DNA from: Seison nebaliae
Taxonomy: Eukaryota
Direction of reading: 5' to 3'
Length of the DNA stretch: 64,000 nucleotides
Assembly: GCA_023231475.1 (NCBI GenBank)
Contig: JALJEE010001389.1
Span: forward strand, 1-64,000
The stretch's first letter is position 1; the number at the start of each line of letters is the position of its first letter. The position numbers were made by a program, and so were the translations under genes. Under the pieces are notes generated by a model. It ran no database searches, was not told the DNA's origin, and saw only the letters and a list, made by a program, of their open reading frames with translations. Shown piece after piece: positions 61,762-64,000 of the stretch.

Positions 61762-62455
61762 TTGATGAATATGATGGATCGGAAGAATATTCCAAATAAT
61801 TCTTGGCTCTATCACGACAATGAGAGGAATGCCGAAGTTGCTCAAATCGAATTATTCTCTTTTATTCCATTGAAATATCGATTTGTTTGTCATCTTCAAA
61901 AATTTAAAGTTTCTTCCGCTCTCTCATCATCACTTCATACATATTATACGATAACATCATTGAATGCATTCGGATTCATTGACGAGAAACCGAATGTCAA
62001 TCTTTATATTGAGAATCATTGTCTTGGATTCGATTATGAGAAAGAAAGAATTCATTCAAATTCTACGAAACGAAGGAAACGAAAGAAGTCATCCAATCGA
62101 TGTCCGTCCACAAGAAGGAAACGTAAACGAACTATTAAGGTAAGTACATTCGATCGAATCATCGCTACCAGTACCGGTAGTAATTCGAAAATAAATTCGA
62201 TGTCTTCCTTCAAAAATCTCATAACTCAAAATAATAATAATAACAACAACAACAATGACATTAATTTGAATATGTCTTCAAGTAAAAATATTTCATCGAC
62301 TGCATCGATTCACACACCGTTCCATTTACCAGAAATTCGATTTAATATTAATTTCGATTTTACACAATCCACTTTAGCAACAACCACAAATCAAACGACG
62401 AATTATCAATCAACAAAAACAAATCAACCATCATCATCCTCTATCACTCATCGTC

Positions 62456-62488
<33 letters not shown>

Positions 62489-64000
62489 GCAACAATAATA
62501 ACAGTAAAAATTCGTCAGGAATGAATTATTCGTTACGATCTGAACCATGTCCAGCTCGAACATCGAAACGAACGAATATTAATGTGAAGACACATGTAAA
62601 GATGATGAAACAAGAATTGAATGCAGGAACAATTGCTCAATTGTTTTTTGTTCAACAAGTTCTCACCAAAGAGATCAATGATATATTCACACGAATGAGT
62701 GGTCGTCAAAAATTGGCGATGTATAACATTCAATCGAATCAGCCATCTCATTCAGAGCAGCAAACGAATGAAATTTTACATCATCTCATCTATCTTATAG
62801 ATATTCAAATTGATGGAATTGAGATCACTTGTTTGACTACCGATAATTTGGCAGCTCGTTTAGAAACGTCTCCTATTCAAATTAATTTAACTAATTTAAT
62901 TAATCGTGAGAAGCAATATGTCATCTCCAAACCGATAGTAGAGGCTGATCTCAATCTTCAACTTCATTTAGGTACTCTTATTTATAATGTTCTTTTTCCA
63001 GAAACTGTTCCTGATTTCTCATCACTCTCCTACTTTTCTACACGTATTCAATTCACGACAGCTGTCGAGAATACATCCATCGATAATTCGACTGATATTC
63101 AGAAATCACATCAATCAGTTGATCAATCAGAAGGATTGAGTGACAATATGGGAATTGATTTAGATACGATGTCTGACGGAAATAATCGTGAAGCGATGTT
63201 TATTTCATTATATCGTCCAATCTTCTTCCTTCAACCAATGGCAATCGATAAAGCTATTCTCGTTTATGTTTCTTGTAAAAACGCTTATTCTCAATGGATA
63301 TCTCAATTGAATTATACAAATAATGATTCCGTCCCATTAACTACTACTAGCAATAGTACGAAAATGACGGTTATTGGCGAAGCGACAGATAACGAGATTG
63401 ACAATGATAATACACAATCTTCTTCCAATTTCCCTTTGTCGAAATTAGAGAATGATGATTCGGATCAAATGAAAGATATTGAAATGTTGGACGAAGAACA
63501 TTTGAGGAAAAATGATGACGATACGAAAGTTCCGATGTCTTTTATGATTCAATTGAGTATCATCGATTTGGGTGTTGCAATTCCAGTCGATTCACAATAT
63601 ATTCAATCATTCGATACTCAAACTACTGATACTCTCGTTCTCACTTTGGAGAAGACAATAATTAATGCTTGTTCATTCGGTTCTATCGTTAGTCGTGGTC
63701 AATTCAACGGTTTATATGTTCGATTTGCTGATGAATTTATGAGAACGTGGGATGATTGGAAACCGAATGAATTCAATCGTCCTGTCATGAATTCATGGGC
63801 GGTACCGACTGGTCGTTTCGATATTTGTTCAAAAACCAACGTTCTTCAATTAACCGAACCGCCAACATGGCTCCTCACCGTCAAATGGTATATGGATGGA
63901 ATTGATATCAATCTCGATACGAATATCGGGAAACGATTAAATTCGTTAGGTAACACGATTACTCGAATAGCAACTGACACATTTTCCGCTCGTCATAATT
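49663..64000 (+). CDS. BLTP1: Bridge-like lipid transfer protein BLTP1 (KIAA1109/tweek/LPD-3/Csf1 family), 3'-truncated by the window end
   Basis: Frame +1 ORF from ATG 49663, preceded by an in-frame TGA. The track lists no frame +1 ORF here, consistent with no stop before 64000. Family motifs WIVYVLFYSSRLYG...LLNR...IGGISISLLSMKIMF...ITDGQVHFKWW, INYSPWADKQRELL, GLQVRGHAMFS, EYSWMIEV, CGCIGGTKF, GIDINLDTNIGKRLNSLGNT. Confidence 0.93.

Noticed and set aside
62136..62146. Perfect AAG|GTAAGTA donor inside BLTP1
   Set aside because: The frame is open through it and no intron is required; probably chance, although use as an alternative donor cannot be excluded.
49863..62751. Antisense and off-frame ORFs listed in the track over the BLTP1 region
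   Set aside because: Shadows of the long frame +1 coding sequence and its AAT/CAA repeats.

Overview
AT-rich eukaryotic (metazoan, probably invertebrate) genomic DNA from a compact genome; the species cannot be fixed from sequence alone. No prokaryotic features, CRISPR arrays or recognisable mobile elements were seen. Gene order: UBF-like HMG-box gene (-), voltage-gated Ca channel alpha2/delta subunit (+, ~23 introns), intronless KSR-like kinase (-), intronless 542-aa orphan (+), multi-exon EF-hand-like/beta-propeller-like gene (+), small spliced orphan (+), NALCN sodium leak channel (+, 11 introns), DEG/ENaC channel (+, 9 introns), and BLTP1/KIAA1109/tweek (+), an uninterrupted ORF of >14.3 kb that runs off the window and is absent from the ORF track. 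The most striking signal is the splice code: 42 of the 43 introns I placed by hand in the three channel genes begin GTT rather than GTR(AG), and most are 42-70 nt. Other highlights: NALCN has an EKEE filter with no room for an alternative domain II exon; KSR has lost its catalytic Asp (HKN); alpha2delta has a candidate cassette exon and 12-nt microexon; BLTP1 has a signal peptide plus a luminal extension; most proteins are inflated by N/Q/T/S-rich inserts. Gene models are manual, based on recalled family motifs and frame continuity.
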